A stretch of DNA of 64,000 bases from Gemmatimonadota bacterium (GCA_036679605.1 JAZDCZ010000407.1:32001-96000); one strand, 5' to 3'. Positions 20,113-29,373 are shown, counted from the stretch's first letter. Notes: a model not told the origin generated them from the sequence alone. A program made the numbers and translations.

Positions 20113-20802
20113 AGTTGATTATACATGAGGACACCCAGGCCAGCTCGCACCAGGCCATTTCGATTTTGAGAGCCTGACGCCACGCGGCTTTCTCCGAATG
20201 TTTCCAGTACCGCCGATTGGGCACCTACTCTGGATAGCAGGCTGAAAGGATTGTCTATCCCAGAGAGAAAGGGATAGAATATCGCGCCGAGTACTCGACT
20301 TCCCACCGCTCGAACGGCTGACGGCCCAGCAATATGCTGGGTGTTAGACACCTAAATATACAATCCAATTGGCGGTGGGTCAAGCCAATGTCCTGAATCA
20401 CACTTATCGGAGGTTGGCGAGAGCCGAACTGTCAAGGATTACTTGACTGTCGAACCGGCAACCAAGTCTAGTCCCAAACTCATGACTCGACTTCCGCGTG
20501 GATGTGCTTTCACTCAAGAACACTTATGGGACCGCATGCGTGGTGTTTTGATAGACCTGACAAGCTTATAGGTGGTTATCTAACTGTTGGATGGTCAGGT
20601 CAGTTATCTGCTGAAGAGGGACGCCCCCAGAGGGGGCGGCCAATGACGGTTCTCTCGTCAGGCGGCTGTTCGCCCACCTTTATGCGGACATAGGATGCGC
20701 CCGCCCGCCCAGTGAGTCCGAGATGGCCTTGTGAGTTTCAGCGTCCCATTTGGGCGTATCTCATGTTGTTTACAAGGAACCGTTAGCAGTAAGGAGGCCA
20801 TT

Positions 20803-21300
20803 ATGCCAAATGAGATAGAGGTATACGCAAGAAAACATCGGAGGCTACACCCGGAGTTAGTAAAGGCTCTGGCACCATTCTTCAAGGAATATAAATGGAA
20901 CCCGTCCAAGGCTAAGGTACGCATCGTGAGTCCTTATTGGGGTAAACTAAGCGGGCGAGGTCAGCCGACAGCCGTGTTTGTAGTGAAGGGAATCATCTTT
21001 GTAATGCGCGGGGCGATAAACGCCAAAGGTCGTGTGCGAGGCAACAATTGGAATCTGGCCTCTAAGGTGGGATTTGCCACCTTTGCGCATGAGGTATTCC
21101 ACACATATCAGAACGACAGGGATGGGTTTTCCAAGTTCCTGATCAGCCTGTTCTCTGGGATATGGAAGTCCATCACCCGTAGTAAGAAGACATATGACCA
21201 CAAATTTTTCGACTTTGAGCAGGAGGCAATCGCATTCCAGAAGAAGGTCATGTCCACAGTAAAATTGAAGGACATAAGCATGTTCAGCAACATGCGTTAG
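20803..21300 (+). CDS. HEXXH zincin-like protein (DUF4157-like)
   Basis: AAGGAGG RBS; AHEVFHTYQ...FEQEA. Confidence 0.7.
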   Translation: MPNEIEVYARKHRRLHPELVKALAPFFKEYKWNPSKAKVRIVSPYWGKLSGRGQPTAVFVVKGIIFVMRGAINAKGRVRGNNWNLASKVGFATFAHEVFHTYQNDRDGFSKFLISLFSGIWKSITRSKKTYDHKFFDFEQEAIAFQKKVMSTVKLKDISMFSNMR

Positions 21301-21335
21301 TAGAGACTTGTAGAGACCTCTTATATGGAGATATA

Positions 21336-21665
21336 ATGAAAAGCGCAAAGAGCATCGCCATAATTTTGTCCATTTTACTCCCTCTCTCACCGTCGCTAGT
21401 TTGGGCACAGCATGTATCGGACTCGCCTGTCAACTTGTCTGATTCCCAGTCCTTCGATATGCCGTTGACATCGATGCTGTCACATGCAGAAATCACCAGT
21501 GCGCGGCGGAGGGTGGCGAACGCAGTCTCTGTCGAGAAGTTCATCGACGGAGTCAAGACTGCATTTTTTATAGCGCTTGCCGCATATAGTGCATCCGCGT
21601 CGCGAGCGGGTTCGACGACGAACACACGGTTTATTTTTGCTCCATCAGCACCTGCTACACCCTAG
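21336..21665 (+). CDS. Putative secreted hypothetical protein
   Basis: GGAG RBS; signal-peptide-like N-terminus. Confidence 0.55.
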   Translation: MKSAKSIAIILSILLPLSPSLVWAQHVSDSPVNLSDSQSFDMPLTSMLSHAEITSARRRVANAVSVEKFIDGVKTAFFIALAAYSASASRAGSTTNTRFIFAPSAPATP

Positions 21666-21785
21666 CGACCGCTTTGGTGTTCCGCGTAGAATTGGTTTCA
21701 GTCAAGAAAAACAGTATATCCTACACGGAGACGGCCTAACCTTGCAGCAGCCTAGCCAAATAAATGGCTCAGATGTTCTAACTGG

Positions 21786-21865
21786 CCTACTTTAGTGCGC
21801 TTGGTTATAGGACGCACTAAGCGGGCTTCCTGCTTCAGCGAGGCGCCGTAGATGGGTTTCCCCTG
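21786..21865 (-). ncRNA. Right end / omegaRNA scaffold region of the intact tnpB element
   Basis: TTAGTGCG/CGCACTAA hairpin; ends AAGTAGG; partly repeated at 28604-28629 and ~26277-26300. Confidence 0.6.
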
Positions 21866-23029
21866 TCACGGACGGGCCAGAGCCTTCCTCTTCACAGGCG
21901 TTTTGAGCCGGGTTGTACCCGACTTTGGTCCCCCGTCGTTCACGGGTACCAGATTCAACAGATTCATCGCCGCGTTCAAGTCCCGATCCATCTCAAGTCT
22001 GCAGGCATGACAATGGAACACGCGCTCACTGAGCTTCAGCTCGGCGCGCACTGCTCCACAGTCGCTGCATGTCTTGCTGGACGGGAAGAACCTGTCCACG
22101 ATCACGAGTTTGGTTCCGTAGATCAGGCACTTGTACTCCATCTGTCTCCTGAACTCGTACCAGCCCATGTCGGCGATGCTTCTGGCCATCCTGTGATTGC
22201 GCATCATTCCGCTGACGGACAGGTCTTCGATCACCACCGCTTGGTTCTCGCGGCATAATTTGGTGGTCAGCCTGTGTAATGTGTCCTTACGGATGTTCCT
22301 GATGTGCTTGTGCAGCTTGGCCAGTCGTCTCCTAGACTTCTCCCTGTTCTTCGATCCTTTCTTCTTCCTCGAATGTTGCCTGGAACAGCGTTGCAGCTTC
22401 TTCAACGACTTCTTCAGTGGCTTCGGCCCCTCAATCTTCTCTCCAGTCGAAAGCGTCGCCAGCGTCGTGATGCCGAGATCCACTCCGACTTCGCCGTCGG
22501 CTGTCCTCTCCTTCCTGTAGTTATCACCGACATCCACCTGCACGGAGAGCATCCACCTGTCGCCGTCTCTGCGGATTGTCGCACCCATAACCTTGCCAAC
22601 GTATCTCAGCTCCTCGTGCATCCTGATTGGTCCCAGCTTGAACTTGTCAGGCCCGAGGTGTAGGGTCTTGCCATTGAACTCCATCTCCCTGTGGCAGACA
22701 TAGAAGCTCTCCGGGCTGCGGTGCTTTGCACGGAATTTCGGGTGCCTCGCCTTCTTGCGGAAGAACGCGGAGTAGGACTTCTGGAGCTGAATCCACGGAT
22801 ATGCGTAGACATAGTTCGACACTTCACCCATCCACGGGAACATCTCCTTCCGGGTCGCGTTGAACTCCTGCCTGAGCTTCCCGGGGTTCGCCTTGCCATC
22901 CTTCTTGTATGCCGCTTTCCACATCGCCAGGGCGTTGTTGTACGCGAACCGTGCCGTTCCGGCGGCGCGTGCGAAGTACTCGTACTGCCGTTTGTTCGGG
23001 TTCAAGGCTATGGAATGGGCCAGAATCAC
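21866..23029 (-). CDS. tnpB: TnpB RNA-guided nuclease, apparently intact (IS607/IS1341-like; no tnpA nearby)
   Basis: AHSIALNPN..YFARAAGTARFAYN; RuvC GVDLG / VIEDL / DRDLNAA; CSDC..CHAC Zn finger. Confidence 0.95.
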   Translation of the reverse strand: MILAHSIALNPNKRQYEYFARAAGTARFAYNNALAMWKAAYKKDGKANPGKLRQEFNATRKEMFPWMGEVSNYVYAYPWIQLQKSYSAFFRKKARHPKFRAKHRSPESFYVCHREMEFNGKTLHLGPDKFKLGPIRMHEELRYVGKVMGATIRRDGDRWMLSVQVDVGDNYRKERTADGEVGVDLGITTLATLSTGEKIEGPKPLKKSLKKLQRCSRQHSRKKKGSKNREKSRRRLAKLHKHIRNIRKDTLHRLTTKLCRENQAVVIEDLSVSGMMRNHRMARSIADMGWYEFRRQMEYKCLIYGTKLVIVDRFFPSSKTCSDCGAVRAELKLSERVFHCHACRLEMDRDLNAAMNLLNLVPVNDGGPKSGTTRLKTPVKRKALARP

Positions 23030-23152
23030 TCTTTATTCTAGCCGATGCGCCCGATAACAGCCTGAAATTTGCCTTTTGGCCGAATGAATGCTATGCTTTC
23101 CATAGCGGATTTGATGATATTCGCTATTTGTGATTTGGGTCAGGAGACAGCC

Positions 23153-24355
23153 ATGAAGATAATGCTTATGTTGATGATGTTGATGATGTCGTGTACGGTT
23201 TTTGCAGAGCCGCCATCGGAGGTGCAGAGGGATACCAAGTCTGTTCTGACTGCTTATAGCCGCATGTTTGGGCAGTCCTCAGTGCCGCTCGATCCTAAGC
23301 TGATTCGGGTCTACGCCGGAGGAACTGCCGATTGGAAGACCGAAAATGATGTGACCATATTCATTGTTGGGAAAACCGTGTTCGTCGTTGCTGCGAGATG
23401 GGTTAAAGGCAAGGGGATCACGGTGGCTCCTGTCTGCGGTAGAGAGAATATCATCAAGTTGGCTGACAGCCTTGCCAAGCCTCCTATCATGCCCGATATT
23501 GAGTGGATCAATAAGCACGCCGACGGTAGGTTGGATCTGCTCATACGGATGACATCCGTATCATCTTTGGATTCACAACTGAGAATCTTTCGGAACTTGA
23601 ATGCCACCGACTTGAATGCCACCGACGACCATGATGTTCATATTGAGATAGCCAGCAAAATCGGGAACATAGGAAAAATCAGCATGGCCATCTCACTTGG
23701 AACAGCCAAGGCGATGTCAAATGCGATCCGGCACTACATTCCATTGTCAGGCGGTGTTCTGGAGGTCAACAGCGAGCTGCTGACATCCGCACGCACCAAA
23801 GTTGCAGGACTTCTTGACGATGCGAAAAAGCTACGGGAGCAAGGGGAACGCAACGACGCTTTGAAGGTGCTGATTACCGCCACCGCAATAATAGATGAAG
23901 CTCAACAATCAGTTCCCAAGGGGGTTTCGCTCAGTTTGTCGAATCAGAAAAAACTCCTTGGACTAGAATTCGCGGCCTGCGTGCTTCACATCGGGCTAGG
24001 GCTTACGGAGGCCGACAAGGCGACAGACGAGGTCGCGGGGATCAACGCTGTCAGACAAATTGTAAACGAATGGGGCAGAGAAAAATGGTTGACCAGTCCA
24101 ACTGGTGGCCTCAGCACTTTCCTCAAGACCCTTCGTGAGCAGTATGTTCTGAAAGACGGCGATCCAGGTGCCGCTAATGCACAGATACAGAGACGGTTTT
24201 TCTTCGCCAGTAAAGAAGTAAAGCGGTTGAAGAAACTGGAGAAGAACCGAAAGAAGGCATATAAAGGGCGCAATGTCCACGGCAAGTTTATACCTCTGCG
24301 CGATCCTTGGGTTGATATTCCACTGGCTACCTTGGAGTCCCGCAATGGCGGATAA
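23153..24355 (+). CDS. Secreted hypothetical protein
   Basis: AGGAG RBS; MKIMLMLMMLMMSCTVFA signal peptide. Confidence 0.7.
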   Translation: MKIMLMLMMLMMSCTVFAEPPSEVQRDTKSVLTAYSRMFGQSSVPLDPKLIRVYAGGTADWKTENDVTIFIVGKTVFVVAARWVKGKGITVAPVCGRENIIKLADSLAKPPIMPDIEWINKHADGRLDLLIRMTSVSSLDSQLRIFRNLNATDLNATDDHDVHIEIASKIGNIGKISMAISLGTAKAMSNAIRHYIPLSGGVLEVNSELLTSARTKVAGLLDDAKKLREQGERNDALKVLITATAIIDEAQQSVPKGVSLSLSNQKKLLGLEFAACVLHIGLGLTEADKATDEVAGINAVRQIVNEWGREKWLTSPTGGLSTFLKTLREQYVLKDGDPGAANAQIQRRFFFASKEVKRLKKLEKNRKKAYKGRNVHGKFIPLRDPWVDIPLATLESRNGG

Positions 24356-24887
24356 CGCGCATCCTAGGGAGATTACCGTGATTGGATTGTGGAAATCATA
24401 CGCGGCGCACAGGAAGGTTTTTGCCCTGCGAAGGCGAGACCTTGATTTTTTCACAATGCGCGCCCACGGAATCTTCGGGGTTTTCGGATACATCGCGACG
24501 GCGCTGGCGGCAACGTTCTGCCTGATTCTCGGCGGACAGTGGTTCTGGTCCATGCCGTGGTCGCTCATCGCCGTGGAGTTCGTCATGATCTCGGTCGCAA
24601 TCCTAGGCTTCGGCGTGGCTGGCTTGGACACTTGGGGTCGGCTGGATGATATGTGGCGAATGAAGCACGATCCTGTTTTTCGCCGAAAGCAGGAGGAATG
24701 GCATCGGGAACTCGCCAAATGGCTGGGTGAGACCGAGTGGATGGTTGACGCGACCCACGAGATCAACGAACTGGCGGCATCATGCCGCGAGGGCGCGGAT
24801 GGCGTCAAGCGCGGGCGGGAGCGTAGCCCCGACGGAGGCGAGTCCGGCCCGAAGCTGCGGGTCGTGGGCATATCCGATGTCACGTAG
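24345..24887 (+). CDS. Membrane protein, hypothetical
   Basis: GGAG RBS; two hydrophobic helices. Confidence 0.6.
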   Translation: MADNAHPREITVIGLWKSYAAHRKVFALRRRDLDFFTMRAHGIFGVFGYIATALAATFCLILGGQWFWSMPWSLIAVEFVMISVAILGFGVAGLDTWGRLDDMWRMKHDPVFRRKQEEWHRELAKWLGETEWMVDATHEINELAASCREGADGVKRGRERSPDGGESGPKLRVVGISDVT

Positions 24888-25217
24888 CGGCGACAGGAAA
24901 TCCTTGAAATACTCGATCACATTGCCCGTCCCGACCTCCACAGGCCGTACCTTGGGTATGCGGCCTGCGGAAATTGCTCGACCAGCGTGCTTGATGGCGG
25001 CCAGCGCGATTTTCTTGAGGTGATCTGCGGTCAGCATGTCCTTCTGAACGGCGGGCAACGCCTTCACTGCCTTTTCAAGATCGTTCAGCCTGTCCCACGC
25101 GGCTTTTTCATCGGGTTTCAGTTTTAGACCCCGCCCGCGCATCCAGTCCTTTACGCCTGCCTCCACGACATCTCTGACGATTGTCTCCATGTCCAGCGAT
25201 GCCATTGTTTCCCTCAT
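24780..25217 (-). CDS. Hypothetical protein
   Basis: 145-aa ORF convergent with the previous gene. Confidence 0.5.
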   Translation of the reverse strand: MRETMASLDMETIVRDVVEAGVKDWMRGRGLKLKPDEKAAWDRLNDLEKAVKALPAVQKDMLTADHLKKIALAAIKHAGRAISAGRIPKVRPVEVGTGNVIEYFKDFLSPLRDIGYAHDPQLRAGLASVGATLPPALDAIRALAA

Positions 25218-25251
25218 AATACGTCAGGATTAGGAAAAACAAGATAAGCTG

Positions 25252-26151
25252 TTAGCTACAGATGTGGTACTTGTTCTGCCACGCGATGTACAGGTTCAGG
25301 TGATCCTGCAACCGCGTCGCCAGCTTCGAGATGCACCATGTTTTGCGTCGCAACCGCGCGATGTCCGCACGCATCTTGGCGCAGGTGTGGTTGATGCGGA
25401 ACAGCGGGTCGAAGCCACCGTCGCAGCCGTCCCGACGACCGCTGGACACATATGTCCTGTGCTTCGCACTTGGCACAATTGTAGCAATAAGCCTGCGGTA
25501 GTGGTTCAGCTCGTCCGTGGCGATGGTCGCGCCAGGCTTCGCGCACACGGCCACAGATTCCAACACTTCCCGACGGATTCTCGTGCGCTCGTCGGCACGC
25601 TTCCCGTAGCGGCGCTCGCTGTCGGCCTTCCTGTGCTTGCAGGTGATCGTCCCGACGCGGGCGTCGATGATCTGCCCAGTGCTGGCACGGACAGCCAAGG
25701 CGATCATCAGCGGCTTCAATTTCGTGTGTTCCACGGATTCCATGTCGTCGAACTGGACGAACGAGGTCTCCATGTCGCCGCCTCGCAGCGCCTCCGCATG
25801 CGCATCCGCCGCACGGGATGCCAGCCAACGGAACTTGCGTTCGACGGTTCTCCTTGCGATTCCAGCGACATCTGCGGTTCGGCGCTGTGTCATGCTGTTC
25901 GGCATGCTGTGTTCCACCTGCCTGTTCACATGCGGCTTGTGCTGTCCGGCGGTTGGGGTTCCTGTGCGGCTGTTGAAGCACTTGCCGCAGGCGCGGCAGG
26001 AGTATCGCGGCACGGCGCGGTGGTCGTGCTTCGTCCTGTAGTACCCGCGCTTGATCCAGAAGCGGTTTGAGCCGTAAAGCCGTTCGGAACCGTTCGATCC
26101 GTCGCGGAAGCGGCACTTCTGGTTCGGGCATTTGGTGGGCTTGGTGAACAT
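25252..26151 (-). mobile_element. IS1-like DDE transposase
   Basis: CPNQKC..RYSCRACGKCF Zn finger, HTH, QFDDME, ATDE, LRRKTWCISK...LYIAWQN. Confidence 0.75.
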
Positions 26152-26365
26152 CAATTCAAGTATACGATATCCTGTCGCAAGATGGATGACCTTCGGGCGA
26201 CGGAAGGCAGCGATGTCTGGGTGCGGTAATAACCGTGAACCCGCCCACCACGGCTGCAAATAGCGGTTTACAGCCCCATAACCAAGCGCACTAAAATATG
26301 GCACTTACATCAGATGTTTTGTAGCCGCTGCTCTTTGTTGTGGGTCTGCAAGGCGTCACCGGCAC

Positions 26366-26417
26366 GAATGTCGTGTGAAAATGGTTCGTACAGTGCCGCA
26401 ATCCTTCTTTCGATAGA
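26366..26417 (+). repeat. Permuted fragment of the IS200/IS605 element left end and tnpB start
   Basis: GAATGTCGTGTGAAAATGGTTCGTACAGTG precedes CCGCAATCCTTCTTTCGATAGA, the reverse of the order at ~11704-11753. Confidence 0.8.
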
Positions 26418-26451
26418 TGTCGCTACGCGAGCGCTCGGCTTTGAATAGTCC

Positions 26452-27290
26452 TTATTTCCACATCCCTTTCATGTCGTACCACTCGATTCGCAAATTATTG
26501 GCATACGGCCCAGAGGTTGGAGACCACCCATTCAGCGGCGTCCTCAAAGTCTTTCGCGGGGGCATCCTCATGGTACAAGTCCGGATCGGCACCGAACACC
26601 ACCCTGCCAGAGGCGTCCTGCACATGCCAACCATCATCACTGCCGTTCCACAGGATGAATATCCTGTCCGGCGGAATCTCGGGGCTGGCCGCACAACCGG
26701 ACGGTGCGTGAGAGTATTCTCCGACCCCAGAATATGACTTGGCTCTCCTCGTCCCCGTAGTGGTACGCCTCGACGCCGCCGACCCAGAAGACCACGGCGT
26801 GCTTCCCGTACTTCGGATCGGCGTCGAAGTATCCGGATGCGGCGTTCCTCGCGTCCCTGGAACCGACGACGAACGCGAAGTTGTAGCCAGGGCCGCGTTT
26901 CCTAACATTGTCAGTGAAATGCGTCGTCAGTCCGAGTCCCTCGGTGCCGTCCCATCCGTACTTGAACCCGTTCTCCGCGATGTCATCCGGATCGTCCGTG
27001 AAATGCACGAGCCATGTCGGCCTGACAAGGCGGCTGTATTCCATGTGCTCGTAGACTGGCCGATCCAAGCTACTGGGGAGCCGCGACTCCTCGATGTGTC
27101 TCCTGAATTCCTCAATCCTGCCCGCCGTCGCGGAATCCACCCACTCGTACAGTTTGTCGTAGTCCGGCAGTCCGTCCTCGTCGCGCCAGTCGCCGGATTC
27201 CTCGCTCTCCAGCCAATCCGCGAGTTCCTCGGCGTAGTCATTCGGGTCGAAGCCGGACTCGAGGTACCGCTTCAGGTAACCCTGCTCCAC
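26452..27290 (-). pseudogene. Frameshifted ART-like protein
   Basis: LVHFTD..GF, YNFAF, EESQVIFWG; continues in another frame after ~40 nt (PEIPPDRIFILW). Confidence 0.55.
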
Positions 27291-27411
27291 ATGCTATCTA
27301 AGGTGGAGGAGAAGCGCAAGAGGCTCCGACGCGATCGAGCTAAAGCCGCCGGACGCACGAAACTGTCGGCTCCCCAGTGAATTATGGTTGAGTTGATGCC
27401 CACGCCCGAAT

Positions 27412-27440
27412 TTGACATTATCGCCCGATGGATGTATAAT
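27412..27440 (+). promoter_or_regulatory. Consensus sigma70 promoter
   Basis: TTGACA-N17-TATAAT. Confidence 0.9.
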
Positions 27441-27527
27441 ACATCACGAGGTGCAATCCGTACCGGTATGTTTCCGCCAGTGCGAGAGACATGCCTTTCC
27501 GGTCAGCTCGTGCAAAAGGAGGCTCAT

Positions 27528-27827
27528 ATGGCGAAACAGAGGCAGTCTGTACAGAAGAGGATACGTGAGCAGAAGAAACGGGAACGGGAGCAACGGAAAC
27601 ATGCGAAGGCCACCGCGAAGGCGGAACGCCGTAAGGGCAGCAATGCGATGACCGAGGCGGAGTACGACAGGGCTATGATTCGTATCAAGGAACTCATGGA
27701 CACAGATGCCAAGAAGGATTCCCCAGAGGGGGAGGAGTTGGATCTTCTATCCACCCGTGTCGAGGGGTACGAGAGAGAACATAACCATCTAGGCGATGGA
27801 CAAGGCGAACTCGGCGCGATAGAGTAG
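27528..27827 (+). CDS. Basic peptide fused to a HigA-type antitoxin N-terminal-like segment, no HTH
   Basis: AAGGAGG RBS; TEAEYDRAM.RI.ELMD..SPEGEELDLL...VEGYEREH. Confidence 0.65.
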   Translation: MAKQRQSVQKRIREQKKREREQRKHAKATAKAERRKGSNAMTEAEYDRAMIRIKELMDTDAKKDSPEGEELDLLSTRVEGYEREHNHLGDGQGELGAIE

Positions 27828-27922
27828 TACCGGAGAACCAAGCGATGCACATGTCACACAAAATTGGAGGGCGTCAGGCCGTAATCAGCCAGTCTTAGTT
27901 ACTCAAGACAAAGGAGGTTGAC

Positions 27923-28303
27923 ATGGCAAACGAGCGCCGAGACCCGAAGAGGGAGAAACTCCGAGACCTGCGACGCATGGACACAGGGCGCCTCTCGGGC
28001 ATCTTCTTCAAGCGCCACCCAGAACACGACTGGAGGAACTTCAAATTCCTCCTAGGGACTTCTTGGGAGGATCGTCGCATGCGCTGGCGTGAGTCCGACC
28101 GCGTCGGGGATGAGTGGATTCTTCGTGCTGTCGGTCCCGGTCGCTCGCGATACTCATGCGGAGTACCGCCTGCGTCGTTCCGCCGCGGACTTAACAGGAA
28201 ACGCCGCGCCCAGATGAAGCAGGCCATGAGTAAACAGCTATGCGACGGGGATGATGTGACAAATCCCCGCCCCCACCGCAATGTCCGCTGGGAGTGGTGG
28301 TAG
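27923..28303 (+). CDS. Basic hypothetical protein
   Basis: AAGGAGG RBS; 126 aa. Confidence 0.7.
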   Translation: MANERRDPKREKLRDLRRMDTGRLSGIFFKRHPEHDWRNFKFLLGTSWEDRRMRWRESDRVGDEWILRAVGPGRSRYSCGVPPASFRRGLNRKRRAQMKQAMSKQLCDGDDVTNPRPHRNVRWEWW

Positions 28304-28358
28304 GGACTGGCCGTAGCGGTCGGTGTTCGATTTGCGATAACATCGAGTGGCAAGCTGA

Positions 28359-28629
28359 GGAGCAGTGCGCGCCGAGTTGAAGCTCAGCGAGCGCGTGTTC
28401 CATTGTCAAGCCTGCGCGGCGATGAATCTGGAGAATTTGCTGGCCGAGCTGTTCGACGTCTGTGGAGAGGAAGGCTCTGGCCGTCCGTGACGGGGTAAAC
28501 CCCGCTGCGGCCGAAGCAGGAGCCTACGAAATGTCGGCATTCGGTTGTACAAGATGGGAAAAGACTAGAATCCCGACAAAAATCCCGACAAAGTGCTGGG
28601 ATTCCTATAACCAAACACACTCAAGTAGG
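28359..28629 (+). mobile_element. Scrambled remnant (3' end plus right end) of the 21786-23029 tnpB family
   Basis: Near-identical blocks GGAGCAGTGCGCGCCGAG..CATTGTCA, GAGGAAGGCTCTGGCC, TCCTATAACCAA..AAGTAGG. Confidence 0.85.
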
Positions 28630-28647
28630 AGAGTTATGGCGGGCAAA

Positions 28648-28719
28648 AGCTGCTGGTCGGAGTCGAACCCACAATTCGGACTTACAAAATCCGCGTGTTA
28701 CCGTTGACACTACAGCAGC
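28648..28719 (-). tRNA. tRNA-Thr(TGT)
   Basis: GCTGCTG/CAGCAGC; CGGAT-TTTGTAA-GTCCG; one T-stem mismatch. Confidence 0.85.
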
Positions 28720-28723
28720 AGAA

Positions 28724-28795
28724 TCGTGGCACTCGGATTCGAACCGGGAACCTCAGCTTTATGAGAGCCGCGCTCTTCCAATGAGCTATGCCACG
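28724..28795 (-). tRNA. tRNA with CAT anticodon (Met or Ile2)
   Basis: CGTGGCA/TGCCACG; CGGCT-CTCATAA-AGCTG. Confidence 0.85.
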
Positions 28796-28798
28796 TAA

Positions 28799-28870
28799 CT
28801 TACCGGACGGGAGTCGAACCCGCGACAATTCGCTTAACAGGCGAATGCTCTGCCACTGAGCTACCGGCAA
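28799..28870 (-). tRNA. tRNA-Asn(GTT)
   Basis: TTGCCGG/CCGGTAA-G; TTCGC-CTGTTAA-GCGAA. Confidence 0.9.
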
Positions 28871-28873
28871 GAC

Positions 28874-28946
28874 CTGCAGGGGTGGGAATCGAACCCACAA
28901 TGACCGCATTAACAGTGCGGCGCTCTACCAGTTGAGCTACCCTGCA
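28874..28946 (-). tRNA. tRNA-Asn(GTT)
   Basis: TGCAGGG/CCCTGCA-G; CCGCA-CTGTTAA-TGCGG. Confidence 0.9.
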
Positions 28947-28952
28947 ATAACA

Positions 28953-29013
28953 AGCTGGCCCGGGAATCGAACCCGGAATATCCACTCGCTCTACCAGATT
29001 GAGCTAGGCCAGC
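28953..29013 (-). pseudogene. tRNA-like gene lacking the anticodon arm
   Basis: Acceptor, D-arm (GCTC..GAGC) and T-arm present; only GAGTGGATATT lies between the D- and T-arms. Confidence 0.8.
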
Positions 29014-29029
29014 AGTTCCCTTCCTTCAA

Positions 29030-29103
29030 AGTCGCCACCGGGATTTGAACCCGGACCGCCTGGGTGGAAGCCAGGTATGCTATCCGTTAAACACCACGGC
29101 GAC
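29030..29103 (-). tRNA. tRNA with TCC (Gly) anticodon, atypical acceptor
   Basis: GTCGCCG/TGGCGAC-T; CCTGG-CTTCCAC-CCAGG. Confidence 0.85.
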
Positions 29104-29114
29104 GCAGTAAAAAA

Positions 29115-29188
29115 AGTCGCTGGCGGGATTCGAACCCGGCACCTCCTCGATGGCAACGAGATGTGCTACCGTTAAACACCACAACGAC
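29115..29188 (-). tRNA. tRNA with GCC (Gly) anticodon, atypical acceptor
   Basis: GTCGTTG/CAGCGAC-T; TCTCG-TTGCCAT-CGAGG. Confidence 0.85.
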
Positions 29189-29235
29189 AATTTGGCTTCT
29201 CCTCTGCCTCCTGTTTCATCAGATCACCCCCTGCA

Positions 29236-29296
29236 CTCAAACCTCCGCCCTTCGGCTTCGCAAGCCGACGCTCTGATCCAATTGAGCTACATGGAC
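29236..29296 (-). pseudogene. Truncated tRNA-Arg(GCG)
   Basis: D-arm and TCGGC-TTGCGAA-GCCGA intact; 3' T-stem and acceptor strand missing. Confidence 0.75.
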
Positions 29297-29305
29297 TCAT
29301 CCAAA

Positions 29306-29373
29306 AGCCACCGGAGGGAATCGAACCCCCGCCATCTCCTTACGAAAGAGACAGGTTACCACTACACGGTGGC
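29306..29373 (-). tRNA. tRNA-Thr(CGT), D-stem shortened
   Basis: GCCACCG/CGGTGGC-T; TCTCT-TTCGTAA-GGAGA. Confidence 0.7.

Noticed and set aside
20021..20360. tmRNA
   Set aside because: No GGGG 5' end, no G3:U70 pair and no tag reading frame; the acceptor partner lies only ~90 nt away.
26684..26723. 40-nt intron in the ART-like gene
   Set aside because: No recognisable splicing structure, and a second apparent frameshift lies near 26500; a pseudogene is more parsimonious.
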